Source of the DNA: an uncultured Gemmatimonadales bacterium
GTDB taxonomy: Bacteria > Gemmatimonadota > Gemmatimonadetes > Gemmatimonadales > GWC2-71-9
Direction of reading: 5' to 3'
Assembly: GCA_963795085.1 (NCBI GenBank)
Contig: CAWCFX010000001.1
Coordinates: 32,001-96,000 of the forward strand
Length of the DNA stretch: 64,000 nucleotides
Part shown: piece after piece, positions 9,293-18,383 of the stretch
Layout: every line of letters begins with the position of its first letter
Numbering within the stretch: the stretch's first letter is position 1
Translations under genes and position numbers: made by a program
Notes under the pieces: model-generated
The model's input: the letters and a program-made list of their open reading frames with translations, nothing else
What the model was told of the DNA's origin: nothing
Databases searched by the model: none

Positions 9293-9975
9293 CAATCACG
9301 AATGCACGAACTACAAACTGCAAAAGCGTGAACTACAAAGTTCCAAAAAATATAAAAAACAAAACGCTCTCGGGGGCTGACCCCGCCTGATCACGAAAAC
9401 ACGAACTACAAACTGCAAGAGCGTGAACTACAAAGTTCCAAAATAGATAAAAAACAAAACGCTCTCGGGGGCTGACCCCGCCTGATCACGAAAGCACGAA
9501 CTACAAACTGCAAAAGCGTGAACTACAAAGTTCCAAAATAGATAAAAAACAAAACGCTCTCGGGGGCTGACCCTGCCTGATCACGAAAGCACGAACTACA
9601 AACTGCAAAAGCGGCAACGACAAAGGACGAAACAGGAAAAACAAAATACTGTCGGGGGCTGACCCTGCAGCGCCGAAACAGAAACGAGCTACGCAGAGGG
9701 TAACAGCCTTGACTGAACAAAGAAAAAGACATTGACAAAAACAGCAACGAAACAGCTACCTGCCCTGATTCCGGTCCTCTTTGATGGTTTCGTCCTTTGT
9801 AGTCCGGTTGTTTGTCTTTCCCGTCGTTCTCTTAAGGCTTCGTCTTTTGTAGTCCGGTTGCTTGTCGTTGATAAAGGCGCCGGGGTCAGGTTTACGCTTC
9901 TTCTTTCGTTGTTCGTGTTTTCGTGATTGCAGGCACAAGCGGCACGGCTCAAACTGCCAATCACGAATGCACGAA
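9293..9975. repeat. AT-rich mosaic repeat array: three 95-bp tandem units, one diverged unit, and an inverted distal arm
   Basis: Units start at 9295, 9390, 9485, 9580; 18-bp direct repeat caatcacgaatgcacgaa at 9293 and 9958. Confidence 0.95.
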
Positions 9976-9983
9976 GGAAATCC

Positions 9984-10277
9984 TCAAGTCCGCTCCCTGG
10001 ATTCCAGCCGCGCGCCGATGAAGTACAGCATGCCTGCGTTCACCGCGTAGGAAGCGAGCAGGACGGGCCATAGCGACGGGGTTCCGGGCTCGATGACGCC
10101 GCCCACGGTGCGGGTCCAGGGCAGGCCGAGGGCGATCAGGGCCGGTCCGGGGAAATCGAAACGGGCGGGGGTGAAGATCGCGTGGTAGGAGACAAACCCC
10201 AGGGCGGCCGAGAGCAGGAGGATGTAACCGGCCGCCGCGCGCCTGCCCCAGCGGGAATGTCCCCAGGACATACTCAA
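9984..10277 (-). CDS. Small hypothetical membrane protein
   Basis: 97 aa, 2-3 TM segments, directly downstream of TetR. Confidence 0.6.
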   Translation of the reverse strand: MSMSWGHSRWGRRAAAGYILLLSAALGFVSYHAIFTPARFDFPGPALIALGLPWTRTVGGVIEPGTPSLWPVLLASYAVNAGMLYFIGARLESRERT

Positions 10278-10283
10278 TCGGAA

Positions 10284-10919
10284 TCAGTGCTCCGTCTTGG
10301 CGGCGATGGCATCCCAGGCGGCCTCCAGGGCCATGCTGACCTGGGGGTGGTCGCCGGTCCATTCCCGGGCGCAGATCCGGATGGCCACGAACTCGACCAG
10401 GGCGAACCAGACCGAGGCCCACAGTTCTGCGGGGCCCGCCCGCACGATCCCGTCCGACTTGCCCATCGCGATCACCTGCTGCAACGCTTCTGACAACTCC
10501 CGGGCGGCTTCCCGGCTCTTGTCGTCCAGGTGGGTATCGTCATGCGGATAGAACAGCATGCGGACGACGGCCGGGTCCCGCTCGGCGGCATCGACAAGGG
10601 CCCGGGCGAAACGGACCAGCCGTTCGGCGGGCCGGAGCGATTTGTCGGCGTCCATGTCCCGGATCTGCCGGGTGGCCCAGCGCTGGGCCCCCCGGTAGAT
10701 CTCGTTGAGCAGGTGCTCCTTGCCGGTGAAGTGGCGGTAAATGGTGCCCTCCGCCACCCCGGCCCGTTCGGCGATCATCGGGGTCGTGGTGCCCCGGAAG
10801 CCCACCGTGGTATAGAGGTCGAGCGCCGCCCGGTGGAGCCGCTGCCGGGTCGCTTCGCCGTCGCGCTTGGCGGGAGAACCGGGAGGGGTGGGCGGGGGGG
10901 GGCTGGGCGGCGCACTCAT
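10284..10919 (-). CDS. TetR/AcrR family transcriptional regulator
   Basis: GFRGTTTPMIAERAGVAEGTIYRHFTGKEHL HTH. Confidence 0.92.
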   Translation of the reverse strand: MSAPPSPPPPTPPGSPAKRDGEATRQRLHRAALDLYTTVGFRGTTTPMIAERAGVAEGTIYRHFTGKEHLLNEIYRGAQRWATRQIRDMDADKSLRPAERLVRFARALVDAAERDPAVVRMLFYPHDDTHLDDKSREAARELSEALQQVIAMGKSDGIVRAGPAELWASVWFALVEFVAIRICAREWTGDHPQVSMALEAAWDAIAAKTEH

Positions 10920-11002
10920 GGAGCCCAATCTAACCGAATGAATCGGGAAGAGCAGGGAAGGCGGTTACTTTGCGGCAGACTGGCCGTTGAAACTGGAGGA
11001 GG

Positions 11003-11521
11003 ATGCAGGTGTTGAATTTCCCCGAGCTCTGGAAGCACGCGCTGACGTACCAGGAGTTTGTCGAAGGGAGCGGTGCGAACCGGGGACTCTGGGAGGGCCT
11101 CTACCGGCTGGCCCGGCTGCCTCCCTGGTCGCTGGCGCCCGATGGGCGGGCCCGGAGGCTGCTCGTGCTGGTCGAAGACTGGTGCGGGGACGCGTCCAAC
11201 ACGGTGCCCGTCCTGGCGCGTTGGGCAGAAGCGATGGCGGAGGCCGAGTTGAAGGTGCTCCCGCGAGACCAATATCCCGAGGTCATGGACCGCTACCTGA
11301 CCAACGGGTCTCGCTCCATTCCCATCGTCATCGTCCTGGACCGTGGCCTGGCCGAGCTGGGGCACTGGGGACCGCGGCCGGCCGAGCTGCAGCAGTGGGT
11401 CATGGCAAACCGGACGGTAATGCCCAAGGCGGAGCTATATCCCGAGGTACGTAAATGGTACGCCCGGGACCGGGGAGAGACGACGCTCAAAGAGGTGTTG
11501 GCAGTCGGCAGTGATCGGTAA
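11003..11521 (+). CDS. Thioredoxin-like protein (WCGD type)
   Basis: EDWCGDA, YLTNGSRSIP, WGPRP motifs. Confidence 0.85.
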   Translation: MQVLNFPELWKHALTYQEFVEGSGANRGLWEGLYRLARLPPWSLAPDGRARRLLVLVEDWCGDASNTVPVLARWAEAMAEAELKVLPRDQYPEVMDRYLTNGSRSIPIVIVLDRGLAELGHWGPRPAELQQWVMANRTVMPKAELYPEVRKWYARDRGETTLKEVLAVGSDR

Positions 11522-11528
11522 GCAGGGA

Positions 11529-11555
11529 CACTCAGCACTCAGTACTCAGTACTCC
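11529..11555. repeat. 7-mer tandem repeat (YACTCAG x~4)
   Basis: cactcag cactcag tactcag tactcc between convergent genes. Confidence 0.8.
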
Positions 11556-11561
11556 GTAGTT

Positions 11562-12707
11562 CTAGAACAACCACCCTCCGTTCATCGTGAAGTTCCAGCC
11601 CTCGTCGCCCCTGGCGAGGTTGAAGGTAAAGATGGTGGACCGCAGGATCCGCATGGCGATGCCCCCGCCTCCGCCGACCTTCAGGTCGTCCGTGGTCAGC
11701 CGGAAAGCCTCCTGTTCGAACACCCGTCCCGCATCCACGAAGGCGACCGCGCTGATGGCGCCCAGGGTGGCGAGGTCCAGGATATTGTGGCGGATTTCCA
11801 GGTTGCCGAAGAGCACGCCTTCCCCGGTAAACCGGCCTTCATCGTAGGCGCGGTGGGTGTCGTCGCCGCCGAAGATGGTGATGGTGTTCTCCCACATGGG
11901 CAGTTCGAACCGGGCGTGCAGCGGAGGCCCGTCGGTCATGCCGGCTCCGCCGATTCGCGCCCCGATCACGGTTCCTTCACGCGGGGAGACAAATCCGCGA
12001 ATGGCGCCGTGCACCCGCCGGTAGCCGGTACCGCCGCTCCCCGCGGCGACGCCGGCTTCGGCGAAAATGCCCCGCGTCGTATTGAACTCGCTGTCCCGGG
12101 TGTCCAGAATCAGGGTGACCCGGCCGGTGACGTCATCGTCCTTTACCTCGCGGGCAAACTGGGAGCGAAACACCGATGGCCCCGGCAGGTCGCTCATCAG
12201 GCTCCGCTGGTACCCCACCGCCCCGCTGATGTGCAGCGGCCCGGTGATCCGCCGGGTGATCTCGCCGTTGACCAGCATGCGCTTCCGCCGCATCCGGTAA
12301 TAGAAAGGCTGGTTGTCGTTGACGCTGTCGGCATCGAACGTCGAGTTGTTGCCGATGCCGAAGAAGCCGAGCCGCGCTTCCCGCACCAGGGAGGCCGTGG
12401 CCGCCAGCCGCCAGCCGTCCTTGAGAGCCGGCACCCGCAGCAGCGCGGTGGCGAAGTAGCTGCTGTTGAGGCTGGCGCCCAGGTCGAGGCTCAGGTTGCC
12501 GAGGAAGGGGAACGGGGAGAGATAGTCGTCCACCGGCCGGGTCCATTGCAGCTTGACGGCGGCCATGGGAAAATCGTTGGCACCGCTGGTGATGTACGGG
12601 TAGCGGCTGTCCACCCATTCCTGGGCTTGCGCGCGGCCGGCGGTCGCCAGCAGGATCGCCGCCAGCGCCGTCGCCCGAATCCAGCGGTTGGCGGGAATGG
12701 CGCGCAT
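11562..12707 (-). CDS. Omp85/BamA-TamA family surface-antigen barrel without POTRA domains
   Basis: Signal peptide; DTRD, HRAYDEGRF, FVDAGRV, C-terminal aromatic residue (WLF). Confidence 0.8.
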   Translation of the reverse strand: MRAIPANRWIRATALAAILLATAGRAQAQEWVDSRYPYITSGANDFPMAAVKLQWTRPVDDYLSPFPFLGNLSLDLGASLNSSYFATALLRVPALKDGWRLAATASLVREARLGFFGIGNNSTFDADSVNDNQPFYYRMRRKRMLVNGEITRRITGPLHISGAVGYQRSLMSDLPGPSVFRSQFAREVKDDDVTGRVTLILDTRDSEFNTTRGIFAEAGVAAGSGGTGYRRVHGAIRGFVSPREGTVIGARIGGAGMTDGPPLHARFELPMWENTITIFGGDDTHRAYDEGRFTGEGVLFGNLEIRHNILDLATLGAISAVAFVDAGRVFEQEAFRLTTDDLKVGGGGGIAMRILRSTIFTFNLARGDEGWNFTMNGGWLF

Positions 12708-13747
12708 CAGCGGGGTCCCTGGTAGAGGTAGGCGGTGTCCGGGGAGGAGGCCCCGGTGCCGTCGTGCACCGCGTACTTGGACGGGAACATCGAGGCCGCC
12801 CCGTACTCGCCCCGCTTGTTGAGGGCATAGAAGGTCAGCTGGAAGCGGGGCTGCCCCCGTTCGTCGAGGAGCCGGGGCGGGGTCATGGCGACCACCCGCC
12901 GGCAGGTTTCCAGCGCGGCATCCGCCGGTTTCATCCCCCGCCGCATGTTCTCCACGGTCAGGAACCCGCCGCAGACCATGATGTTGGATTCGCCCCGTCC
13001 GGTCGAGCCGGCGGCGCCGATCTCGTTATCGGTGTACTGCCCGGCTCCGATAATCGGAGAATCTCCCACCCGTCCCGGGATTTTCCAGGCCAGGCCGCTG
13101 GTGGTGGTCACGGAGGAAATGTCGCCGGCGGCGTTGATCACGTTCAAGTTGATGGTCCCGGTGGGGCGGCCCACCACCATCGACTCATTCTCCGGGACGT
13201 TGAGATAGTCATCCTCCGCGCCCCGGTTGGCCCGCCACGTCAGCCAGGCCTGCCGGCTCTCCGGGGTCATCAGGTCCTCTTCCTTGAACCCGTAGGACAG
13301 GGCGAACCGCTTCGCCCCCTCGCCAACCAGCATGATGTGGTTAGTGTACTTGAGGACCAGCTTGGCGACCTCGCTCGGGGTCTTGATCCCTTCGAGCGAG
13401 CCCACCGCCCCCGCGCGCCGGGTCGGGCCGTGCATGCACGACGCGTCCAGCTGGACGATGCCCTCTTCGTTGGGGAGGCCGCCGTAGCCGACCGAGGAGT
13501 CGCCGGGATCGAGCTCCTGGATCTTGACGCCTGCCACGGCGGCATCGAGCGTGTCACTGCCCCCCACCACCAGTTCGACCGCCCGGGTCACCGGCGCCAG
13601 GCTGTTATTGGAGGAGATCGCCACCGGGCGGGCTGGCGGCCGCCTGATAACCGCCGGGGCCGCCAGCGCGGAGCCGGGCAGCGCCGCGGCGGCCACGAGC
13701 GCGCCGCTGGACTCGAGAAACCGCCGGCGGGAAACGGGATAGGGCAC
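12707..13747 (-). CDS. Tat-exported Ntn-hydrolase: isoaspartyl peptidase / L-asparaginase / glycosylasparaginase family
   Basis: SRRRFL Tat motif; SVGYGGLPN, LDASCMHG, TGTI autocleavage Thr, TTTSG, GRVGDSPIIGAG. Confidence 0.9.
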   Translation of the reverse strand: MPYPVSRRRFLESSGALVAAAALPGSALAAPAVIRRPPARPVAISSNNSLAPVTRAVELVVGGSDTLDAAVAGVKIQELDPGDSSVGYGGLPNEEGIVQLDASCMHGPTRRAGAVGSLEGIKTPSEVAKLVLKYTNHIMLVGEGAKRFALSYGFKEEDLMTPESRQAWLTWRANRGAEDDYLNVPENESMVVGRPTGTINLNVINAAGDISSVTTTSGLAWKIPGRVGDSPIIGAGQYTDNEIGAAGSTGRGESNIMVCGGFLTVENMRRGMKPADAALETCRRVVAMTPPRLLDERGQPRFQLTFYALNKRGEYGAASMFPSKYAVHDGTGASSPDTAYLYQGPR

Positions 13748-13794
13748 AGACACACTCCATGAGTTCGGGGGCTTGCCCAGCAAAATCGAATGGG

Positions 13795-13823
13795 ATAAAA
13801 GACGACTCTTCCAGCCCTGTCAA
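13795..13823 (-). promoter_or_regulatory. Putative sigma70 promoter for the asparaginase gene
   Basis: TTGACA-N17-TTTTAT on the minus strand. Confidence 0.45.
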
Positions 13824-13916
13824 CTATAGGCGCTGGGGATGGTCGAGGTGGTGGGCCGGATCACAGGGCCGGGCCCGGCGCTCGACTTTGCGCCAGCCCG
13901 GACCCGTGGCTCCGGA

Positions 13917-15275
13917 TCAGTAGCCCGGATTCTGCACGATATTGGGGGCCACGTCGATCTCCGAGAGTGGAATCGGATACAGCGTCTGGAAGGCGGGAAT
14001 GCCCAGTACCGTTTCCGCGACCCCGCGGCGGGTCAGGTCGGACCACCGGTCCCCTTCCATGGCCAGCTCGAGGAACCGCTGCCGGTCGATCTCGGCCAGC
14101 ACGTCGGCCTGGGTGGTTACCTCGACGCCCAGCGTGAGCGGCGCCAGCCCGGCCCGGACCCGGATCTTGTTCACTTCATCCAGGGCCGGCTGCAACTGGC
14201 TCATTCGCGCCAGCGCTTCCGCCTTGATCAGGAGCACCTCGGCAAAGCGGATGGCGTGAATATCTTCCCCTCCGGCGGTGGTGGGATACCGGGTGCCCCA
14301 GGCATCCGGCTCAGTCAGCGGCAGGAAGGAGCCGGTGATCGACCAGGTGAGCCGGGCGTCGGTCGAGGGATCGTAGGGGTCGACAAAGGCGTCGATCAGC
14401 TCCTGGCTGGGAGCCAGCTCACACCCGCCGCCGACGTCGCAGGAAATCCAGTAGTACATGTACTGGTACTGGATGTCGGTAAAGGTAACCTTGAAGATGT
14501 CCTCCGGCGTGTCCTGGCCGTCGGCATCGAACAGGTCGCTGAAACTGGCGGCCAGGTCGTAGCCCCGTGCGATCACCGCGTTCGCGCTGCTGTTCGCGTT
14601 GGCGTAGTCCTCGAGGAACAGATACACCCGGGCCTGCAAGGCATCGACGGCGCCCAGGGTGGCATGGTTCGCCGGCGCGGTGCTGGTCATCAGCGACCCG
14701 GCCTGCTGCAGGTCGCTCAGGATCTGGGCATAGGTCTCCGCCTCGGTGCTCCGGGCAATCTGGGAGGCCTCCTCCACGCTGGCCGCCGGCTCCAGCCGCA
14801 GCGGCACCCCGCCGAACACCTTCACCAGGTTGTGGTAGTGGAGCGCGCGGAGGAAGTACGCCTCGCCCAGGATCTGGTCCCGCTCGGCCGGGTCGAGCCC
14901 GGTGACCGAGGGGACCCGATCGATCAGGACGTTGGCCCGGTGAATCGCGGCATAGATCGACGCCCAGATGTCCTCGATCACCCCGTTGTTCGACAGCAGC
15001 TGGTTGGCATCGGCGTCGGCGTAGCTGTTGGAGGTGCCATCGTCGTCGTGGACCGAGTTGTCGGACGACAGGTCGCCGAAGAGATAGAAGTCACCGCCGT
15101 AGTAGCTGTCCTCCTGCAGCGCTGCATAGGCTCCCGCGAGCGCCGCGCGGGCGCCTTCCGGGGTCGTGATGGCAATATCCTCCGGCAGTTCGTCCACCGG
15201 GTTCTGGTCGAGGAGCGAGTCGCAGCCGGCCAGGGCAACGGCCAGCAGGAGCGCGGTCCCGGTCTTTTTCAGCAT
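13917..15275 (-). CDS. susD: RagB/SusD family nutrient-binding lipoprotein
   Basis: Lipobox LAGC; GEAYFLRALHYHNLV, IRFAEVLLIKAEA, ELAMEGDRWSDL, QNPGY C-terminus. Confidence 0.93.
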   Translation of the reverse strand: MLKKTGTALLLAVALAGCDSLLDQNPVDELPEDIAITTPEGARAALAGAYAALQEDSYYGGDFYLFGDLSSDNSVHDDDGTSNSYADADANQLLSNNGVIEDIWASIYAAIHRANVLIDRVPSVTGLDPAERDQILGEAYFLRALHYHNLVKVFGGVPLRLEPAASVEEASQIARSTEAETYAQILSDLQQAGSLMTSTAPANHATLGAVDALQARVYLFLEDYANANSSANAVIARGYDLAASFSDLFDADGQDTPEDIFKVTFTDIQYQYMYYWISCDVGGGCELAPSQELIDAFVDPYDPSTDARLTWSITGSFLPLTEPDAWGTRYPTTAGGEDIHAIRFAEVLLIKAEALARMSQLQPALDEVNKIRVRAGLAPLTLGVEVTTQADVLAEIDRQRFLELAMEGDRWSDLTRRGVAETVLGIPAFQTLYPIPLSEIDVAPNIVQNPGY

Positions 15276-15319
15276 GGGGAAGGTCCTCGCCACGGAATGA
15301 AAGAGTTGGCTGGTCATGG

Positions 15320-18300
15320 TTACCACCCCGCCTGGATGCCGAAGATCCACGTCCGGGCCAGCGGATAGGCATAGAAGTCGCTGCCGAGGGAGATGTTGGC
15401 CCCCGATCCGTTGCTGTTGAGGTCCGGGTCATAGCCGGTGTAATCAGAGCTGGTGATCAGGTTCCGGCCGGTGATGTACACCCGGGCCTGTTCGAAGCCG
15501 AGAATGCCGCCGATCCGCAGGGGAACATCGTAGCCCAGCGTGAGGTCCTGCAGCCGCCAGTAGGACGCATCCTCGACAAACCGGCTGGAGACTACCCGGG
15601 CGTTGGAGGTGCCGTCATAGCTGGCCCTGGGCACCTCGGTGACGTCGCCCGGCTGCTGCCAGCGGTCCATCTGGTCGGCGAACTGGTTGTCCTCGTAGTA
15701 GCCACCCGCTCCGCTGAAAATCCGCATGGCGTTGAAGATCTCCCCGCCCTGGCTGAAGGTGACGAAGACGCTGAGGTCGAAGCGGCCGTAGCTCAGGTTG
15801 TTGGTGAGCCCGCCGACATAGTCGGGATGGGGGCTGCCCACGATCTGCCGGTCGTCGGCGGTGATACTGCCGTCGCCGTCGGTGTCCTCGTAGATGGCAT
15901 CGCCGGTCTGGGGATCTACGCCCATGAACCGGAGCGCGTAAAAGGCGCCCAGCGGCTGGCCCACCTCGACCCGGTTGATGCTGCGAATGCCGGCCGTGAA
16001 CGGCTCGTCGTTGAAGAGCTTGGTGACCTCGTTCCGGTTGGCGGCCAGGTTGAGGGAAGTGGCCCACCGGAAGCCGCCGGGCCGCGACCGCTCGATGTTG
16101 ACGGTCTCCAGCTGAACCTCGAAGCCGTTGTTCTCCATGTTGCCCACGTTGTCGGTGATGCTGGAGAACCCGCTGGTGGTGGTAATCGGGCGGGCCAGCA
16201 GCATGTCCCGGGTCAGTTTCCGGTAGTAATCGATGCTGAACCCGATCCGGCCCCGGAACATCTCGGCGTCGAGGCCGACATTGAACTGCCGGGTGGACTC
16301 CCACTTGAGGTCCGGATTGGCCAGGTTGGCCGGGGCCAGGCCGCCCTCGCTGCCATAGTTGGAAGTGAAGAAGGTGCCCTGCCAGGAGTAGTTGCCGATC
16401 TCCTGGTTGCCGGTGAGCCCCAGGCTGGTCCGGATCTTCAGGTGCTCGAAGGTGCTCGAACCGGCCATGAACGATTCTTCGCTCAGGACCCAGCCTGCCG
16501 AGGCCGCGGGGAAGACGCCCCACTTGTTGTTGGCGCCGAACCGGGACGACCCATCGCCCCGGAGGCTGGCGCCCAGCAGGTACTTTCCGCGGAGAGCGTA
16601 ATTGGCCCGTCCGAAAAACGAGATCAGGTTGCTTTCGTTCCGGGACCCGTCGAACGTCACCGGGGTGGTGGCGTTGCGGACCTGGGTAAACCGGTCGTTG
16701 GTAAGTCCTTCCCCGCGGATAAAGTTCAGCTCTCCCCGGTTGAGTTCCAGCGCTCCGCCCCCTGTCACCTGGAAACTCTGTCGCTCGCCCAGGCCCGGGG
16801 TGTACGTGAGGAAGCTCTCCATCACGTACCGGTTCGCGTTGGAGTAGGCGCTCTTGGCGATGCCGTTGGCGCTCTGGGCATAGGTGCCCTCCACCCGGGG
16901 GCTTTCGTACTGGGACTCCCGCAGGTTGAGCAGGTCAACCCCGCCGCGAGCGGTGAACAGCAGCCCGTGCCGCATGTTCCACCGGGCCTCCGCATTACCG
17001 ACAATCCGGAGGGTACGGGCCTGGGCCGTATTGAGGCTGGCCAGCGCCACGCTATTGGGGTACTGGAGCCCGTCGGTGAGACCGCTGAACTCGCCGTCCG
17101 GCCGCCGGACGGCCACCAGCGGCTGGTTCCCCACCACGTTGGTAATAATGCCGGTCGAGCTGCCGTCGTTTTCGATCCGGTCGTTGACCTCTCCGGAAAT
17201 GCCCAGCGACGTGCTCAGCGAAAACCGGTCGATCGACCCGAAATCCAGGTTCGCCCGCCCCGACGCACGCCGGTAGGCCGACCCGATCACGATGCCGTTC
17301 TGGTCGAAATAGCTGCCCGAGAGCCGGTAGCGCATCCGCTCGTCACCGCCGGTCAGGCCCAGCTCGGTGTTGCTGAGCGGCGCCCGCCGCAGCACGGCGT
17401 CCTGCCAGTCGGTGTTGATCTGGTCATCCACGCCCGCCACCCCGAAGTAGTCGGAGCCGTAGCCGTCGTTCTCCGCGGCTTCGTTGAAATACTCGAGATA
17501 CTGCGCCGAGTTCAGCAGGTCGAGCCGCTTGGATACCGCCTGGGTCCCGATGTAGCTGCTGATCGTCGCCCGGGTCCGGCCGGCGACTCCGCGCTTGGTG
17601 GTGATCAGCACCACGCCGTTGGATCCCCGGGAGCCGTAGATCGCCGCGCCCGCCGCGTCCTTGAGGATGTCGATCGAGGCGATGTCGTTGGCACTCAGCC
17701 CGGTTACCCCGGTAATGCTCTGGCCCCCCATGTCGAGCTGGGCCAGCGCCTCGGACGTCATCGGAATGCCGTCCACGACATACAGCGGCTGGTTGCTGGC
17801 CAGCACCGAGGCGGAGCCCCGGATCCGCACCGTCAGGCCGTTGCCCGGGTTGCCGGCGTTCTGCACCACGGTAACGCCGGCCGCGTTCCCCATCAGGCCC
17901 GCGTCGGGACTGGCCGCCGACGGATCGAGTTGCTCGCCCCCGACCGAACTGACCGCGTTGGCGAGATCGGCACGCCGCATGGTGCCGTAGCCGACCACGA
18001 CCAGGTCATCCAGCCGCACGACCCGATGCTGGAGCCGGAAATCCGCGACGGCTTCCTGGGTCGCCGACACAGTGATCTCCCGCTCGGAGGCCAGGTAGCC
18101 CACCATTCGCACTCGCAGCGCCTGGGTCCCGGCCGGGACGCCGGTGAGAGCATAGGTGCCACTGGAGCGGGTAATCGTGCGGATGTCCGTGCCGACGACC
18201 GAAATCTCGGCACCGTCGATGGGCACGCCGCCGGCCGAGTCGGTAATGGTTCCGCGTACCGTACCGGTCTGCGCGAAGGCGGGTTGGGCCAGGACCGGCA

Positions 18301-18346
18301 GGGCTCCCAGCAACAGCAGGAACAGCAGCAAACGTCGGATGGTCAT
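15320..18346 (-). CDS. susC: SusC/RagA TonB-dependent outer-membrane transporter
   Basis: VVVGYG, IRG..S, QPLYVVDG, ILKDAAGAAIYGSRGSNGVVLITTKRG, NPDLKWE, YPLART; GGAGG RBS. Confidence 0.95.
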   Translation of the reverse strand: MTIRRLLLFLLLLGALPVLAQPAFAQTGTVRGTITDSAGGVPIDGAEISVVGTDIRTITRSSGTYALTGVPAGTQALRVRMVGYLASEREITVSATQEAVADFRLQHRVVRLDDLVVVGYGTMRRADLANAVSSVGGEQLDPSAASPDAGLMGNAAGVTVVQNAGNPGNGLTVRIRGSASVLASNQPLYVVDGIPMTSEALAQLDMGGQSITGVTGLSANDIASIDILKDAAGAAIYGSRGSNGVVLITTKRGVAGRTRATISSYIGTQAVSKRLDLLNSAQYLEYFNEAAENDGYGSDYFGVAGVDDQINTDWQDAVLRRAPLSNTELGLTGGDERMRYRLSGSYFDQNGIVIGSAYRRASGRANLDFGSIDRFSLSTSLGISGEVNDRIENDGSSTGIITNVVGNQPLVAVRRPDGEFSGLTDGLQYPNSVALASLNTAQARTLRIVGNAEARWNMRHGLLFTARGGVDLLNLRESQYESPRVEGTYAQSANGIAKSAYSNANRYVMESFLTYTPGLGERQSFQVTGGGALELNRGELNFIRGEGLTNDRFTQVRNATTPVTFDGSRNESNLISFFGRANYALRGKYLLGASLRGDGSSRFGANNKWGVFPAASAGWVLSEESFMAGSSTFEHLKIRTSLGLTGNQEIGNYSWQGTFFTSNYGSEGGLAPANLANPDLKWESTRQFNVGLDAEMFRGRIGFSIDYYRKLTRDMLLARPITTTSGFSSITDNVGNMENNGFEVQLETVNIERSRPGGFRWATSLNLAANRNEVTKLFNDEPFTAGIRSINRVEVGQPLGAFYALRFMGVDPQTGDAIYEDTDGDGSITADDRQIVGSPHPDYVGGLTNNLSYGRFDLSVFVTFSQGGEIFNAMRIFSGAGGYYEDNQFADQMDRWQQPGDVTEVPRASYDGTSNARVVSSRFVEDASYWRLQDLTLGYDVPLRIGGILGFEQARVYITGRNLITSSDYTGYDPDLNSNGSGANISLGSDFYAYPLARTWIFGIQAGW

Positions 18347-18383
18347 GAGATGCCTCCGGAGGGTGTACGGCATGCCGTGATCG

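Noticed and set aside
9295..9579. DGR template/variable repeats
   Set aside because: Differences between units include non-adenine positions (t/g, c/t), there is no reverse transcriptase, and no target ORF
9295..9667. CRISPR array
   Set aside because: The entire 95-bp unit is repeated; there are no unique spacers and no cas genes in the window
9523..10050. Short ORFs over the AT-rich array
   Set aside because: Low-complexity translations of repeat DNA with no RBS or family motifs
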